This document shows, piece by piece, positions 40,648 through 49,504 of a stretch of 64,000 nucleotides of DNA. Origin of the DNA: Candidatus Uhrbacteria bacterium (lineage in GTDB: Bacteria; Patescibacteriota; Patescibacteriia; UBA9934); NCBI GenBank assembly GCA_903827265.1, contig CAIKHN010000019.1:11814-75813 (forward strand). Reading direction: 5' to 3'. The notes below the pieces were generated by a model. That model did not search any database and was not told the DNA's origin. It saw nothing but the letters and a program-made list of their open reading frames with translations. Made by a program: the position numbers and the translations under genes. How positions within the stretch are numbered: position 1 is the first letter of the stretch; each line of letters begins with the position of its first letter.

Positions 40648-41705
40648 CAACCCTAAGCGTTGACCAACCCTTAGGATTGAACAATCAAACGTCGCTTGTC
40701 TCTAACTTTGAAGCCTTTGTATTCCTCGCTGTACCCTCGATTCAATATCAATCTGCTCTAAACTCTGTGCAATGAAATCAAAACGACTTAAAGGATTCGA
40801 AGAATAGACTTCGGCAACGATTTGAAAATATTCCTGCATTTCTGATTTTTGTTTCTCCTTCTCATCTACACCAGGAAATGTGTTGATGCACGCAAGGACT
40901 TCTTGCACAGTCGATGTTTGACCAACATCTTTCATCCCAAGAAAAACCCACAATTGAGAAAGCGCCATCATGAATCGTTGCTTCGATTCCTCAACACGCA
41001 GAGCAACCATCTTTTGGAGTACTTCTGACGTTGCAATAGCACCGTCCGTCTTTCGCAACGCTATCGTCCACACCCGATCAGCTTTCACCGTACGATTATG
41101 GTTCGATTCGATTCGTGAAAAAAGTATTTCCAAATCATGAAGATCGAACAATGTATCAAGATACCCGGGATATGCATTGTCATCTCGGGTTGCCGGAATA
41201 TCTGGAAAATGCAAAATAACAATCGCTCCGGGTTTTAATTTTTGTTCGATTGAAGCGCCGTACGCCCTACGCTGCGCCACAGGAATATAACTCGATGTCC
41301 CATAATCAATATACCCATCAAGCGAACCGCCTGGCACAGATGCAACGACGTCCTCAATGGGTTGCTGTTGGACATCGATATTCCCCCTCCCTTCACCGAT
41401 TCGCGCTTTCAACGCTGCGGCAATAGTTGAGTCATTCTCAACGGCGGTCACGGAATATCCTTTTTTTGCACAATATATTGTATTTCGCCCTAATCCTGCG
41501 CCAGCGTCGATAATTTTTCCTGTCGTAATTCCTTGCGCACGCAAAAAATCCGCCATCAGCTCAACGTAATCTGATTGCCTTTCGCTTGCCTGTTCAAGAG
41601 TAAGTTCAGCTTCTGCAACCCATTCCGGAAAGTACTTTTCCATATGCCAGTATTCTACCGCAATTCATTTCAACCCTAAGCGTTGACCAACCCTTAGGGT
41701 TGAAC
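40648..41705. repeat. 35-bp palindromic direct repeats (1 mismatch) bracketing a methyltransferase gene
   Basis: CAACCCTAAGCGTTGACCAACCCTTAGG(A/G)TTGAAC at 40648-40682 and 41671-41705. Confidence 0.9.
40702..41643 (-). CDS. Class I SAM-dependent methyltransferase with helical C-terminal extension
   Basis: IIDAGAGLGRN, GYSVTAVE, LKPGA motifs; more AT-rich than its neighbours by eye. Confidence 0.8.
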   Translation of the reverse strand: MEKYFPEWVAEAELTLEQASERQSDYVELMADFLRAQGITTGKIIDAGAGLGRNTIYCAKKGYSVTAVENDSTIAAALKARIGEGRGNIDVQQQPIEDVVASVPGGSLDGYIDYGTSSYIPVAQRRAYGASIEQKLKPGAIVILHFPDIPATRDDNAYPGYLDTLFDLHDLEILFSRIESNHNRTVKADRVWTIALRKTDGAIATSEVLQKMVALRVEESKQRFMMALSQLWVFLGMKDVGQTSTVQEVLACINTFPGVDEKEKQKSEMQEYFQIVAEVYSSNPLSRFDFIAQSLEQIDIESRVQRGIQRLQS

Positions 41706-42055
41706 TACCCCACCCCAATAATGTGCGTGATTCGGGGCGGAATCTGATCGTATTCAATCGCGATCACGTCGATGCGCCATTCGGAGTGAGGATGGCTCGA
41801 CATGAAGTGCTCGGCGACAATGGCGATTTTACGGAGCTTGGATTTCGTGACGGATTCTTCGGGGTAGCCGAATTCGTGATCGTTGCGCGCTTTTACCTCG
41901 ACCATCACAAACTCATCGCCATCTTTTGCAATAATGTCGATTTCGCCAAAGCGATTTCGATATTGAGTCTCAAGAATCGTCATCTTTTTGGATTTCAAAA
42001 ACGCAGCGGCATCGGCCTCCGCTGCATTTCCAAATATCCTCCTCTTATCGACCAT
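41705..42055 (-). CDS. yraN: YraN family nuclease
   Basis: G..AE..AA.FL, GEIDII, VEVKAR, P.ESVT..K, RIDVIAI. Confidence 0.93.
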   Translation of the reverse strand: MVDKRRIFGNAAEADAAAFLKSKKMTILETQYRNRFGEIDIIAKDGDEFVMVEVKARNDHEFGYPEESVTKSKLRKIAIVAEHFMSSHPHSEWRIDVIAIEYDQIPPRITHIIGVG

Positions 42056-42060
42056 AGCAA

Positions 42061-42477
42061 TTATCGAGCACGCTTCGGCAAGTACTTATTTACATCTGCT
42101 CGGGACTGTTCGCGGTGCTGCAACGCCGGAACTTCCTTCTTCACGTAGCGAACGATTGATACCGCGCCAGCAATAACCGCAACTGCCCAAATCAAGAACC
42201 AGAAACGAGAGCCAAAGAACTGAATTTCTTCAAACGTGAGGAAGAACCACGCCAATCCCACAACACCAGCAGCTGAACACAACGACGCGATCTTCTTCAG
42301 CGTGATAATTTGGTATCGGTCGTATTTTCCGTTGCGAATCACCATGCGAATCACTGATCCTGCGATAATCGCAAGCGCAAAGAATCCAAAGAATCCTGCC
42401 TCAAACGCTGCAGACATGCGCGTTGGAGTAAGATCGAACCAAAAACTCAAATTCCACAATGGAGAAAGAAAATTCAT
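42061..42477 (-). CDS. Conserved CPR membrane protein
   Basis: Three hydrophobic segments, FFGSRFW motif, C-terminal KYLP. Confidence 0.75.
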   Translation of the reverse strand: MNFLSPLWNLSFWFDLTPTRMSAAFEAGFFGFFALAIIAGSVIRMVIRNGKYDRYQIITLKKIASLCSAAGVVGLAWFFLTFEEIQFFGSRFWFLIWAVAVIAGAVSIVRYVKKEVPALQHREQSRADVNKYLPKRAR

Positions 42478-42512
42478 ATGGGCAGGATGGTACGGTGTTT
42501 TTGGGCTGTTGG

Positions 42513-43058
42513 TCAATGAGAATAGACTCTTCCCCAATGATCACGGCTTGCGCGAAACTGTCCGCATTCTCGGCACCCACCTTCAGCAAAGAGTCGGCCA
42601 GCCGCATACGGCGCAACACGATTCGCAACTTCTGGCGCAAGAACATGACGTGAATGTGGCTCCCAGTCTACGACAATAATCTGACCATTCGGAGCGAGCA
42701 ACCGACGAGCCTCGGAAACGATCGATGCACGACGACGAGCCGACCACAGCGTGTTAATAAGAAAAATGCGATCAAGCGTTCCTTGCTCGATGTCGGCGAC
42801 TCCTCCAAGTCGTTCGATGTCTCCACGAACCGGATAAAGATTCAACAGCGAATGCAGCGATCGATGTCCTCGCAACATCGATAGCGCATCCGGATGAATA
42901 TCCACCGCGAACACAACACCGTCATCTGCAAGGATTCGCGCTGCCGGCAAAACAAGATGTCCAGTGCCTCCAGCACCAAAATCCGCCACACGATGCCCGG
43001 GGCGAAGGTTCGCGATCTCAAGGATCACACGTGCATCAAGAAGCGCAGAGCCGGCCAT
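42513..43058 (-). CDS. Class I SAM-dependent methyltransferase (type 11-like)
   Basis: RVADFGAGGTG, VFAVDI, EARRLLAPNG.IIVVDW. Confidence 0.85.
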   Translation of the reverse strand: MAGSALLDARVILEIANLRPGHRVADFGAGGTGHLVLPAARILADDGVVFAVDIHPDALSMLRGHRSLHSLLNLYPVRGDIERLGGVADIEQGTLDRIFLINTLWSARRRASIVSEARRLLAPNGQIIVVDWEPHSRHVLAPEVANRVAPYAAGRLFAEGGCRECGQFRASRDHWGRVYSH

Positions 43059-43061
43059 GGT

Positions 43062-43295
43062 TTAGAAAAGAGAGCGGATAAAGCTCCCAATAATAATGTC
43101 GAACAAATCAAGCGTCACGATAAACCCAAGAATCACGATTGCTGTTCCGAGCAACTTATAAAAGAATGCCGTCGTGCCCAAATGCTGCTCCGCCCACATG
43201 ACCGGGCCAAGCATGTCCTCAAACCACCGCGTTTTCCATACCATCATCCATCCCATCGCGGTAATGAATAGGCCAATCAGAATTCGCTGCAACAT
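43062..43295 (-). CDS. Small 2-TM conserved CPR protein
   Basis: Hydrophobic segments around WAEQHLG..FFYKLLG; TAAAAT 7 nt before the ATG. Confidence 0.7.
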   Translation of the reverse strand: MLQRILIGLFITAMGWMMVWKTRWFEDMLGPVMWAEQHLGTTAFFYKLLGTAIVILGFIVTLDLFDIIIGSFIRSLF

Positions 43296-43314
43296 ATGCA
43301 CTATTTTATCACAA

Positions 43315-43347
43315 ACAAAAACGAAGCCCGGTCAGGCTTCGTTTTTG
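43315..43347 (-). terminator. Terminator after tRNA-Leu
   Basis: CAAAAACGAAGCC...GGCTTCGTTTTTG. Confidence 0.75.
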
Positions 43348-43348
43348 A

Positions 43349-43434
43349 TGGTGCGCGGAAGAGGACTCGAACCTCCACGACCTTGCGGCCACCAGCCCCT
43401 CAAGCTGGCGTGTCTACCATTTCACCATCCGCGC
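43349..43434 (-). tRNA. tRNA-Leu (GAG)
   Basis: GCGCGGATGGTGAAATGGTAGACACGCCAGCTTGAGGGGCTGGTGGCCGCAAGGTCGTGGAGGTTCGAGTCCTCTTCCGCGCACCA; long variable arm. Confidence 0.96.
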
Positions 43435-43522
43435 AGGTACACCACAGGAACGGGCAGAATCATAACCTCAAGATTGAAAAGATTCAAGCCTTCAGGTACC
43501 ATTCCCCAGCGATACCCCATTT

Positions 43523-43599
43523 GGACGCCTAGCTCAGCTGGTTAGAGCATCTCGTTTACACCGAGAGGGTCGAGGGTTCGAATCCCCCGGCGTCCACCA
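43523..43599 (+). tRNA. tRNA-Val (UAC)
   Basis: GGACGCCTAGCTCAGCTGGTTAGAGCATCTCGTTTACACCGAGAGGGTCGAGGGTTCGAATCCCCCGGCGTCCACCA. Confidence 0.96.
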
Positions 43600-43664
43600 T
43601 CGATGAAGAAGTCCCAAACGGGCTTCTTTTTCGTTTCCCCGTTCTTTGATACCCTTATTGCACT

Positions 43665-44357
43665 ATGGCAAATATGAAATTTGGGCTTATTGGACGAATC
43701 ACCACTATCCTTGCCGGCATCGTCGTTGTGGTGGCCGGAATGGCGTGGATTGGAAATGCACAGGACCACGCAAACGATCCCCAGACGCTCAGCATTCCAG
43801 TAAACGATAGTGACTGGTACGTCGGCAACAAAGACGCAGCTGTCACGCTCGTCGAATACAGCGATTTTCAATGCCCAGCATGCGGGGCATATTTCCCTGT
43901 CATGAAAGGACTCGAAGAAGCGTACGGCGACACGCTGAAGATTGTGTACCGCAACTATCCGCTGATAACGCTTCATGCGAATGCACAAATCGCGGCGCAG
44001 GCTGCCGAAGCCGCGGGAATTCAGGGAAAGTTTTTTGAAATGCACGACGCACTGTTCCAAAATCAGAAATCCTGGAGCGCTGAAACAGATCCAACAAACT
44101 CGTTCTTAAACTACGCAACCGTTATTGGTCTTGACGTTGAGAAATTCCGAACCGACCTCACGAGCAACGCGGTCATTAACGAAATCAAAAACGACATTAA
44201 CGGTGGAAACGCATCAAAACTTAGCGGAACGCCAACGTTCTTCTTGAACGGTGTGCAAATCGTGAAAAATCCTCAAGGTCTCGAACCATTCAAGACACTC
44301 ATCGATGCAGCGCTCCTTCCAGCGCCAACGGAGACTTCCGCTGAAACTGCAGAGTAA
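43665..44357 (+). CDS. DsbA family thiol-disulfide oxidoreductase
   Basis: N-terminal TM, EYSDFQCPAC, YRNYPL, GTPTFFLNG. Confidence 0.93.
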   Translation: MANMKFGLIGRITTILAGIVVVVAGMAWIGNAQDHANDPQTLSIPVNDSDWYVGNKDAAVTLVEYSDFQCPACGAYFPVMKGLEEAYGDTLKIVYRNYPLITLHANAQIAAQAAEAAGIQGKFFEMHDALFQNQKSWSAETDPTNSFLNYATVIGLDVEKFRTDLTSNAVINEIKNDINGGNASKLSGTPTFFLNGVQIVKNPQGLEPFKTLIDAALLPAPTETSAETAE

Positions 44358-44359
44358 TT

Positions 44360-44815
44360 ATGTCCACTTCCCGCTGGTATCCATTCACGATTCTTGGCGT
44401 GAGCATCGTCGGATTTTTCGACGCTGCGTACTTAACTATCCAACATTACACTCAGTTCACCCTTCCCTGCAGCATTACCCACGGATGTGATTTAGTAACG
44501 AAAAGCGAGTACTCGCAAATCATGGGCGTTCCCGTCGCCCTTCTTGGCGCGCTCTACTACCTCGCAATCTTCCTCGTCGTGTACATCATCATCGAGACGA
44601 AAAAAACGGACTATCTCCGTTTCATCGCCATCACCACAACCGCCGGATTCCTCTTCTCCGCTTGGTTCGTCTACCTCCAACTCTTCGTCATCCACGCCAT
44701 CTGCCAATACTGCATGTTCTCCGCATTCACCTCAACTACAATGTTTGCCGCGTCGATTGTGTATTTTTCAAAGGAGCATCTTCGGAACGTTAAAATTTCC
44801 TTCCCTTCCCCGTAA
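44360..44815 (+). CDS. Vitamin K epoxide reductase (VKOR) family protein
   Basis: C-x5-C..V..SEYS..GVPVALLG, CQYC; directly follows dsbA. Confidence 0.93.
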   Translation: MSTSRWYPFTILGVSIVGFFDAAYLTIQHYTQFTLPCSITHGCDLVTKSEYSQIMGVPVALLGALYYLAIFLVVYIIIETKKTDYLRFIAITTTAGFLFSAWFVYLQLFVIHAICQYCMFSAFTSTTMFAASIVYFSKEHLRNVKISFPSP

Positions 44816-45524
44816 CCAATCGAAGCGCTTTCGGAATCACACGGAACGAAAAATCTTTGCCTTGAAGCTGATCACCGTCTACTGTGGCGGTGATTTGCTT
44901 TTCGCAGGAAACGAACATTTCTTCAAAAGGGATACAGCCGATGTCGGCTTTACCTTTGAATAATGAAAACTTTGGAAGACGGATAATCAATGATAGACGG
45001 CCGTCGACCGGACTGATCATGCCAGCGTCATCTGGTGCGGCGAAGTTTCGGACTTCGATCGAGGCTTTGCGGAGCGGCGTGACGACGTATTGCTTGCCGT
45101 GATGGATCGAAAAGTCTGTTCCCTCGATGTGAACCGATTGCACGAATCGCTTCCCGTTCACCTCGCCAACGTCGAGCTCCTCGACATTTCGCGCGCTCAG
45201 CACGTCGCATGCCGCAACGCCGCTTGGCATACCCAAAAGCTCTGCCATTCCTCCTTGTGGGCCAACAGGAAGTAAAGCGACGACGGTCTTTCGATCTTGT
45301 ACAGCGTCGATGACCCGTCGTAACGTCATGTCATTCCCGACGGCGACCACCGTGGTAACTCCCCCACGAATTTCGTCGCGAATGAGTTCGATGGGTTCGC
45401 GAAACAAAGCCAAGCGAGCAATCTTGCCGGCAATACCCAAGTCCGTTACGCGCGTTTCAATTTGAGCGAGTTCTCGTTCAAATCGTCGGTCTTGCAGCGC
45501 TTCATCGTACACGTAGCAATACAC
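44790..45524 (-). CDS. Diacylglycerol-kinase-like protein (divergent)
   Basis: VVAVGNDMT, LLPVG, LDVGEVNG..F, DGRL, VDG, V.PKAL; GTG start. Confidence 0.75.
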   Translation of the reverse strand: MYCYVYDEALQDRRFERELAQIETRVTDLGIAGKIARLALFREPIELIRDEIRGGVTTVVAVGNDMTLRRVIDAVQDRKTVVALLPVGPQGGMAELLGMPSGVAACDVLSARNVEELDVGEVNGKRFVQSVHIEGTDFSIHHGKQYVVTPLRKASIEVRNFAAPDDAGMISPVDGRLSLIIRLPKFSLFKGKADIGCIPFEEMFVSCEKQITATVDGDQLQGKDFSFRVIPKALRLVTGKGRKF

Positions 45525-45526
45525 AA

Positions 45527-45901
45527 CTATTCTTCAAGAGCGACTTCAGCACGTTTCTTTCCCTTTGGCGCTTCTGCGCCCATACTGATATTTCCGTTAA
45601 CCTGCGCGCCAGGACCGATTGCCAATATTTCTGTTACCACGTCGCCCGTTATTTTTGATGATGGAAAAAGCTCAAACTTTCCGTGAACAATAATGTTGCC
45701 TCGAATTTCGCCGCTGACCACCGCATTACTTGCCTCAATGTTCGCTTCAACAATTGCCTGATCGCCAATACGTAAATCACCCTTCGTCTTCACCGTTCCA
45801 TGCACCTCGCCTTCAATAACGATATCGCCCTCAGCGTGCAAATCACCTTCCAATCGTACTCCGTGCGCAATGATTGTTTCTGGACCAGTTCCCTTTGCCA
45901 T
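45527..45901 (-). CDS. Bactofilin (polymer-forming cytoskeletal protein)
   Basis: TIIAHGVRLEGDL, IEGEVHG, VSGEIRGNI, ITGDV, GAQVNG beta-helix repeats. Confidence 0.93.
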   Translation of the reverse strand: MAKGTGPETIIAHGVRLEGDLHAEGDIVIEGEVHGTVKTKGDLRIGDQAIVEANIEASNAVVSGEIRGNIIVHGKFELFPSSKITGDVVTEILAIGPGAQVNGNISMGAEAPKGKKRAEVALEE

Positions 45902-45935
45902 AGAAATAAAATTACTTTGTTCTTCAGTACCACGA

Positions 45936-47642
45936 TTACATCGCTTTCACAACCGGAATGTTTAATAACTCCATTGCGTTCGTGAGCGTAGAGCCAACGA
46001 CATCAGCGAGCCCCAATCGCGCCGCAGTGAGCGACGGCTGCACCTCGTCAATCATATGCACCTCGGCGTAATAACGAGAGAACATTTGCGCAAGCTCGAA
46101 TGCATATAAACACACAAGCGATGGTCGCATTTCCGTTCCGGCTTGTGCAACGATATCTGGATATTCCGCAACCTTACGCAATAACTGTACCTCTTGAGGG
46201 TCAATGAGCGCTGATGCCAACGGAAACGCCGATACTTTCGTCTTCGTGTGCAGACTGTTAATGCGAGCAATCGTGTACAAAATATACGGACCAGTAAACC
46301 CATCCGTCGCCATCGCCTCTTCCATGTCGAACACCATTAAACGTTCCGGATCATGGCGAAGCATCACAAATTTTACCGCAGCCATCACCAATGCCTTCGC
46401 GTTTGCCGCAACGACCTTTGGCTTCCATTCCGGGTGGCGCAATACCGTTGAATCTGTCACCCGCTCTTCCATGGCATCGCGCAAATCAGACCAGCGAATA
46501 ATATTGCCCTTTCGCGAGCTCATGGCGCCCTCAGGAAGCGTAACGAACTCAAAACCTAAATGAATAAGCTCACGAGAAAACTCCATGCGTTTTAACGTTG
46601 CCGCAAGTTGTTTCATGGCGAGTGACTGACGAACGTCAACAACAATCATGGAGCGATCTGCGTGATAGTCGTTTTCCTTATGCAGCGCAAGCGCAAGATC
46701 TTTTGCGTTATACAACAACGATCCATCAGACTTCCGCAACAAATTTACTCCAAGCTTCTCCGCCTCCAAATCGACAATCACCGCGCTCTGACTGACCTTC
46801 GCAATTCCCTCAACTAAAAGCTTGTTCACGATTTGGTGTGTTTCATCGATCATCTCATGCTCCAAATAGATTCGATCAAACGACAATCCAAATTCATCAA
46901 ATGTTTCTTTCAAATTATCCATCGACCATTTCTGCGTTTTCTTCCACAGCGCAAACCATTCCCCTTCACCAGACTCGAGTTCGTTTTGAATTGCGGAAAC
47001 TTCTTGTTTCGCTTCGTCGTTCCCTTCAAGCGCCGCCGTTGCTTCAGTGTAAACGCTCCCCAAAAAATTCAAGCGGCTCGCAGCTTCAGGCTCTTCGCCG
47101 TCGTGGAACTTTTTAATTCCCCACAAACATTTCGCGACGTTGCTTCCCAAATCATTAATGTATGACACTGGAATTGCGGAATATCCATTTGCCGCAAAGA
47201 TATTCACCGCCGCTGCGCCAAGCGCGAAGTTTCGCAAATGACCAACGTGTACTTCTTTATGCGTGTTTAAGTTTGCGTATTCAACAAGGACTTTTTTACC
47301 TTTTCCTGTTGTTCCGCGACCATAACGCTTCTTCGACTTTGTGACATCATCAATAACATGCGCACCAAAAGCTTCATCGTCGAAAGTGAAATTGACGTAT
47401 GGCCCCGCCGACGTGATCTTCTTAATCATCTTCGACGGACCAATTTTTGCCGCAAGTTCTGTCGCGATTTCCGCTGGGTTACGACTCATGCCTTTTGCCA
47501 ATGTAAAACACGGGAAGCTCAAATCGCCGAATCCCGGCTTTGGCGGCGTCACAATCATGTCAGCCGTGAGTGTAAATGTTTTCCCAAGCACTTTTTTCAG
47601 CGCGGTAAAAACTTCCTTTCGTGCAACACTTCGTGCGGTCAT
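45936..47642 (-). CDS. argS: Arginine--tRNA ligase
   Basis: FGDLSFPCF, AGPYVNF, HVGHLRN, MSSRKG, GPYILYTIAR, C-terminal AM. Confidence 0.97.
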   Translation of the reverse strand: MTARSVARKEVFTALKKVLGKTFTLTADMIVTPPKPGFGDLSFPCFTLAKGMSRNPAEIATELAAKIGPSKMIKKITSAGPYVNFTFDDEAFGAHVIDDVTKSKKRYGRGTTGKGKKVLVEYANLNTHKEVHVGHLRNFALGAAAVNIFAANGYSAIPVSYINDLGSNVAKCLWGIKKFHDGEEPEAASRLNFLGSVYTEATAALEGNDEAKQEVSAIQNELESGEGEWFALWKKTQKWSMDNLKETFDEFGLSFDRIYLEHEMIDETHQIVNKLLVEGIAKVSQSAVIVDLEAEKLGVNLLRKSDGSLLYNAKDLALALHKENDYHADRSMIVVDVRQSLAMKQLAATLKRMEFSRELIHLGFEFVTLPEGAMSSRKGNIIRWSDLRDAMEERVTDSTVLRHPEWKPKVVAANAKALVMAAVKFVMLRHDPERLMVFDMEEAMATDGFTGPYILYTIARINSLHTKTKVSAFPLASALIDPQEVQLLRKVAEYPDIVAQAGTEMRPSLVCLYAFELAQMFSRYYAEVHMIDEVQPSLTAARLGLADVVGSTLTNAMELLNIPVVKAM

Positions 47643-47643
47643 A

Positions 47644-49119
47644 TTATGGAAGAAGTTTCACAAAGAATCGCTTGCCTTTCTGAACAATCACCTCGTCCGT
47701 GCGAGGAGAAACGTTCAGCATCGGATCGTTAACGACTTCGGACCCGATCTTTACGCCGGCCTGTTCGATGAGACGCTTTGCCTCGCCTTTCGACGGTGCA
47801 AATTCAGCCTCGACGAGAATTTCAACAATCGTGAGTGTTCGACCGCCCAGTGAAAGTTCTGGAATAACATCCGGCATTTCTTTGTTGCTGAACACTTGTA
47901 AGAAATGCTTCTTCGCCGCTTTTGCTTTGCTCTTGTTGTGGTACATCTCAACAACGGTTTCGGCCAAATGCATCTTTGCATCACGTGGATTCATACCACC
48001 AGCAATTGCAGATTCAACGGCAGCGATTTCATCATCTTCAAGATCGGTCGCAAGTTTAAAGTATGGAGCGATCATGCTGTCGTCCATTGCCATAATTTTA
48101 CCGAACATGTCTTCTGGCGAATCTGTTAGCGCGATGACTCCCCCTTCGCTCTTACTCATCTTCTTTCCTTCACTGTTCGTAAGAAGTGAAATTGCGAGTA
48201 CAAACTTCTCTTTCTGTTTCATCTCTCGCATTAACGTTCGGCCCGCAAGCATGTTGAACGTTTGATCATTCCCACCAACCTCCAAGTCCACATCCATCGC
48301 AACGGAATCGTAGCCCTGCATGAGTGGGTACATGAATTCGTGGAGGTAAATTGGCTTCGAAGGTCTCATGTAGCGCCCGTACTTTGTGAACAAGAAACTA
48401 GGCGCCTCTTTCGGATCTTCTTCTCTCAACTTTTTAAGCGCCTCCTGGTCTTCCTTAGAGAGGAATGCTTTGCCACATTTTGGATCCCACATTTCAGTAA
48501 TACCCGTACTAACCTCCGGCACCGAAACTCCCAAGTCTGCGAGCTTCGGATTGGAGCGAATTGTCTTGTTCATTATCTTTGCGTTGGATGCGAAAACGTT
48601 TCCACAATGTGGACATTCAATCTCTCCCATAAATCTGCGATCAAACATATCCCGCTCTAACATTTGTTGAACGGTGAAATGACTCGCTAACTGCATGACA
48701 TCTCCAAAGTTCATTTTTCCAAGCCACTTGTCGTTGAACATCACCTTTGCGGCGTTGTCGCCAGAAAACTTCAGAATCTTCGACGCTTGTTTTTTGTACG
48801 TCGCTGCATTCGCGAGTACCTCTTGCTTTGTGAGCTGCTTTCGCGTCGCAAGTTTGTCCGTCGGGTCACCGATCATTGCGGTGAACGATCCGATCAACAT
48901 GATCACCTCGTGACCAAGATCTTGGAATTCACGAAGCTTTCTCAGCTGCATTGCGTGACCAATATGCAAGAACGGTGCTGTTGGATCGATACCGTTGTAC
49001 AGCCGCAATCGCTTGCCGCTCATCAAAAGTTCGCGCAACTTTTCCGTGGTTGGATACACGGTGGCGACACCACGGGTGAGCAATCGATTAATTTTGTGTT
49101 CATCGGTAATGACGTTCAT
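47644..49119 (-). CDS. tyrS: Tyrosine--tRNA ligase with ~90-aa insertion
   Basis: GIDPTAPFLHIGH, FTAMIGDPT, YPLMQGYDS, GGNDQ, KMSKS, C-terminal S4 domain. Confidence 0.97.
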   Translation of the reverse strand: MNVITDEHKINRLLTRGVATVYPTTEKLRELLMSGKRLRLYNGIDPTAPFLHIGHAMQLRKLREFQDLGHEVIMLIGSFTAMIGDPTDKLATRKQLTKQEVLANAATYKKQASKILKFSGDNAAKVMFNDKWLGKMNFGDVMQLASHFTVQQMLERDMFDRRFMGEIECPHCGNVFASNAKIMNKTIRSNPKLADLGVSVPEVSTGITEMWDPKCGKAFLSKEDQEALKKLREEDPKEAPSFLFTKYGRYMRPSKPIYLHEFMYPLMQGYDSVAMDVDLEVGGNDQTFNMLAGRTLMREMKQKEKFVLAISLLTNSEGKKMSKSEGGVIALTDSPEDMFGKIMAMDDSMIAPYFKLATDLEDDEIAAVESAIAGGMNPRDAKMHLAETVVEMYHNKSKAKAAKKHFLQVFSNKEMPDVIPELSLGGRTLTIVEILVEAEFAPSKGEAKRLIEQAGVKIGSEVVNDPMLNVSPRTDEVIVQKGKRFFVKLLP

Positions 49120-49123
49120 AGAA

Positions 49124-49495
49124 TTACGCGTGATCTTCATCGAGAATAAGTTGGTTGCCATCTGCATCAGCAATAATGGCATTCCATCCGCCCCATATTT
49201 GTTGGATAGGTTCTACAAGAATTGTTACGCCAGCGCGACGCAACTCGTTGACTGCGGCGCGAATATCGTCAACCGCGAGCACGATTCCTGTTGGACCGCC
49301 GATGTGAACGTTCTCAAAACCTTTTGCCCGGCTAGGATTCTTTTCCTCAACGTACAGTCGCCCGCCGGGCAACGTATATTCAGTGAAGTGTGGGTTCTCT
49401 TCAACGAGCTCAAGCTTAAGAATGTCTCGATAAAAAGCTTTCGACGCTTCTACGTCTGAGACAAAGATGAGATGAGCACCGAGGGAAAACTTCAT
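49124..49495 (-). CDS. VOC/glyoxalase family protein
   Basis: IFVSDVEASKAFY, LAVDDI, WGG..A..ADADGN. Confidence 0.88.
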   Translation of the reverse strand: MKFSLGAHLIFVSDVEASKAFYRDILKLELVEENPHFTEYTLPGGRLYVEEKNPSRAKGFENVHIGGPTGIVLAVDDIRAAVNELRRAGVTILVEPIQQIWGGWNAIIADADGNQLILDEDHA

Positions 49496-49504
49496 ATATC
49501 GGCA

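Noticed and set aside
40648-41705. 35-bp palindromic repeats as CRISPR repeats or integron attC sites
   Set aside because: Two copies 1 kb apart, no spacer-sized gap, no clear RYYYAAC/GTTRRRY ends and no integrase.
48361-48630. TyrRS insertion as an intein or intron
   Set aside because: No intein splice-junction residues, and the frame is continuous with no group I/II intron hallmarks.
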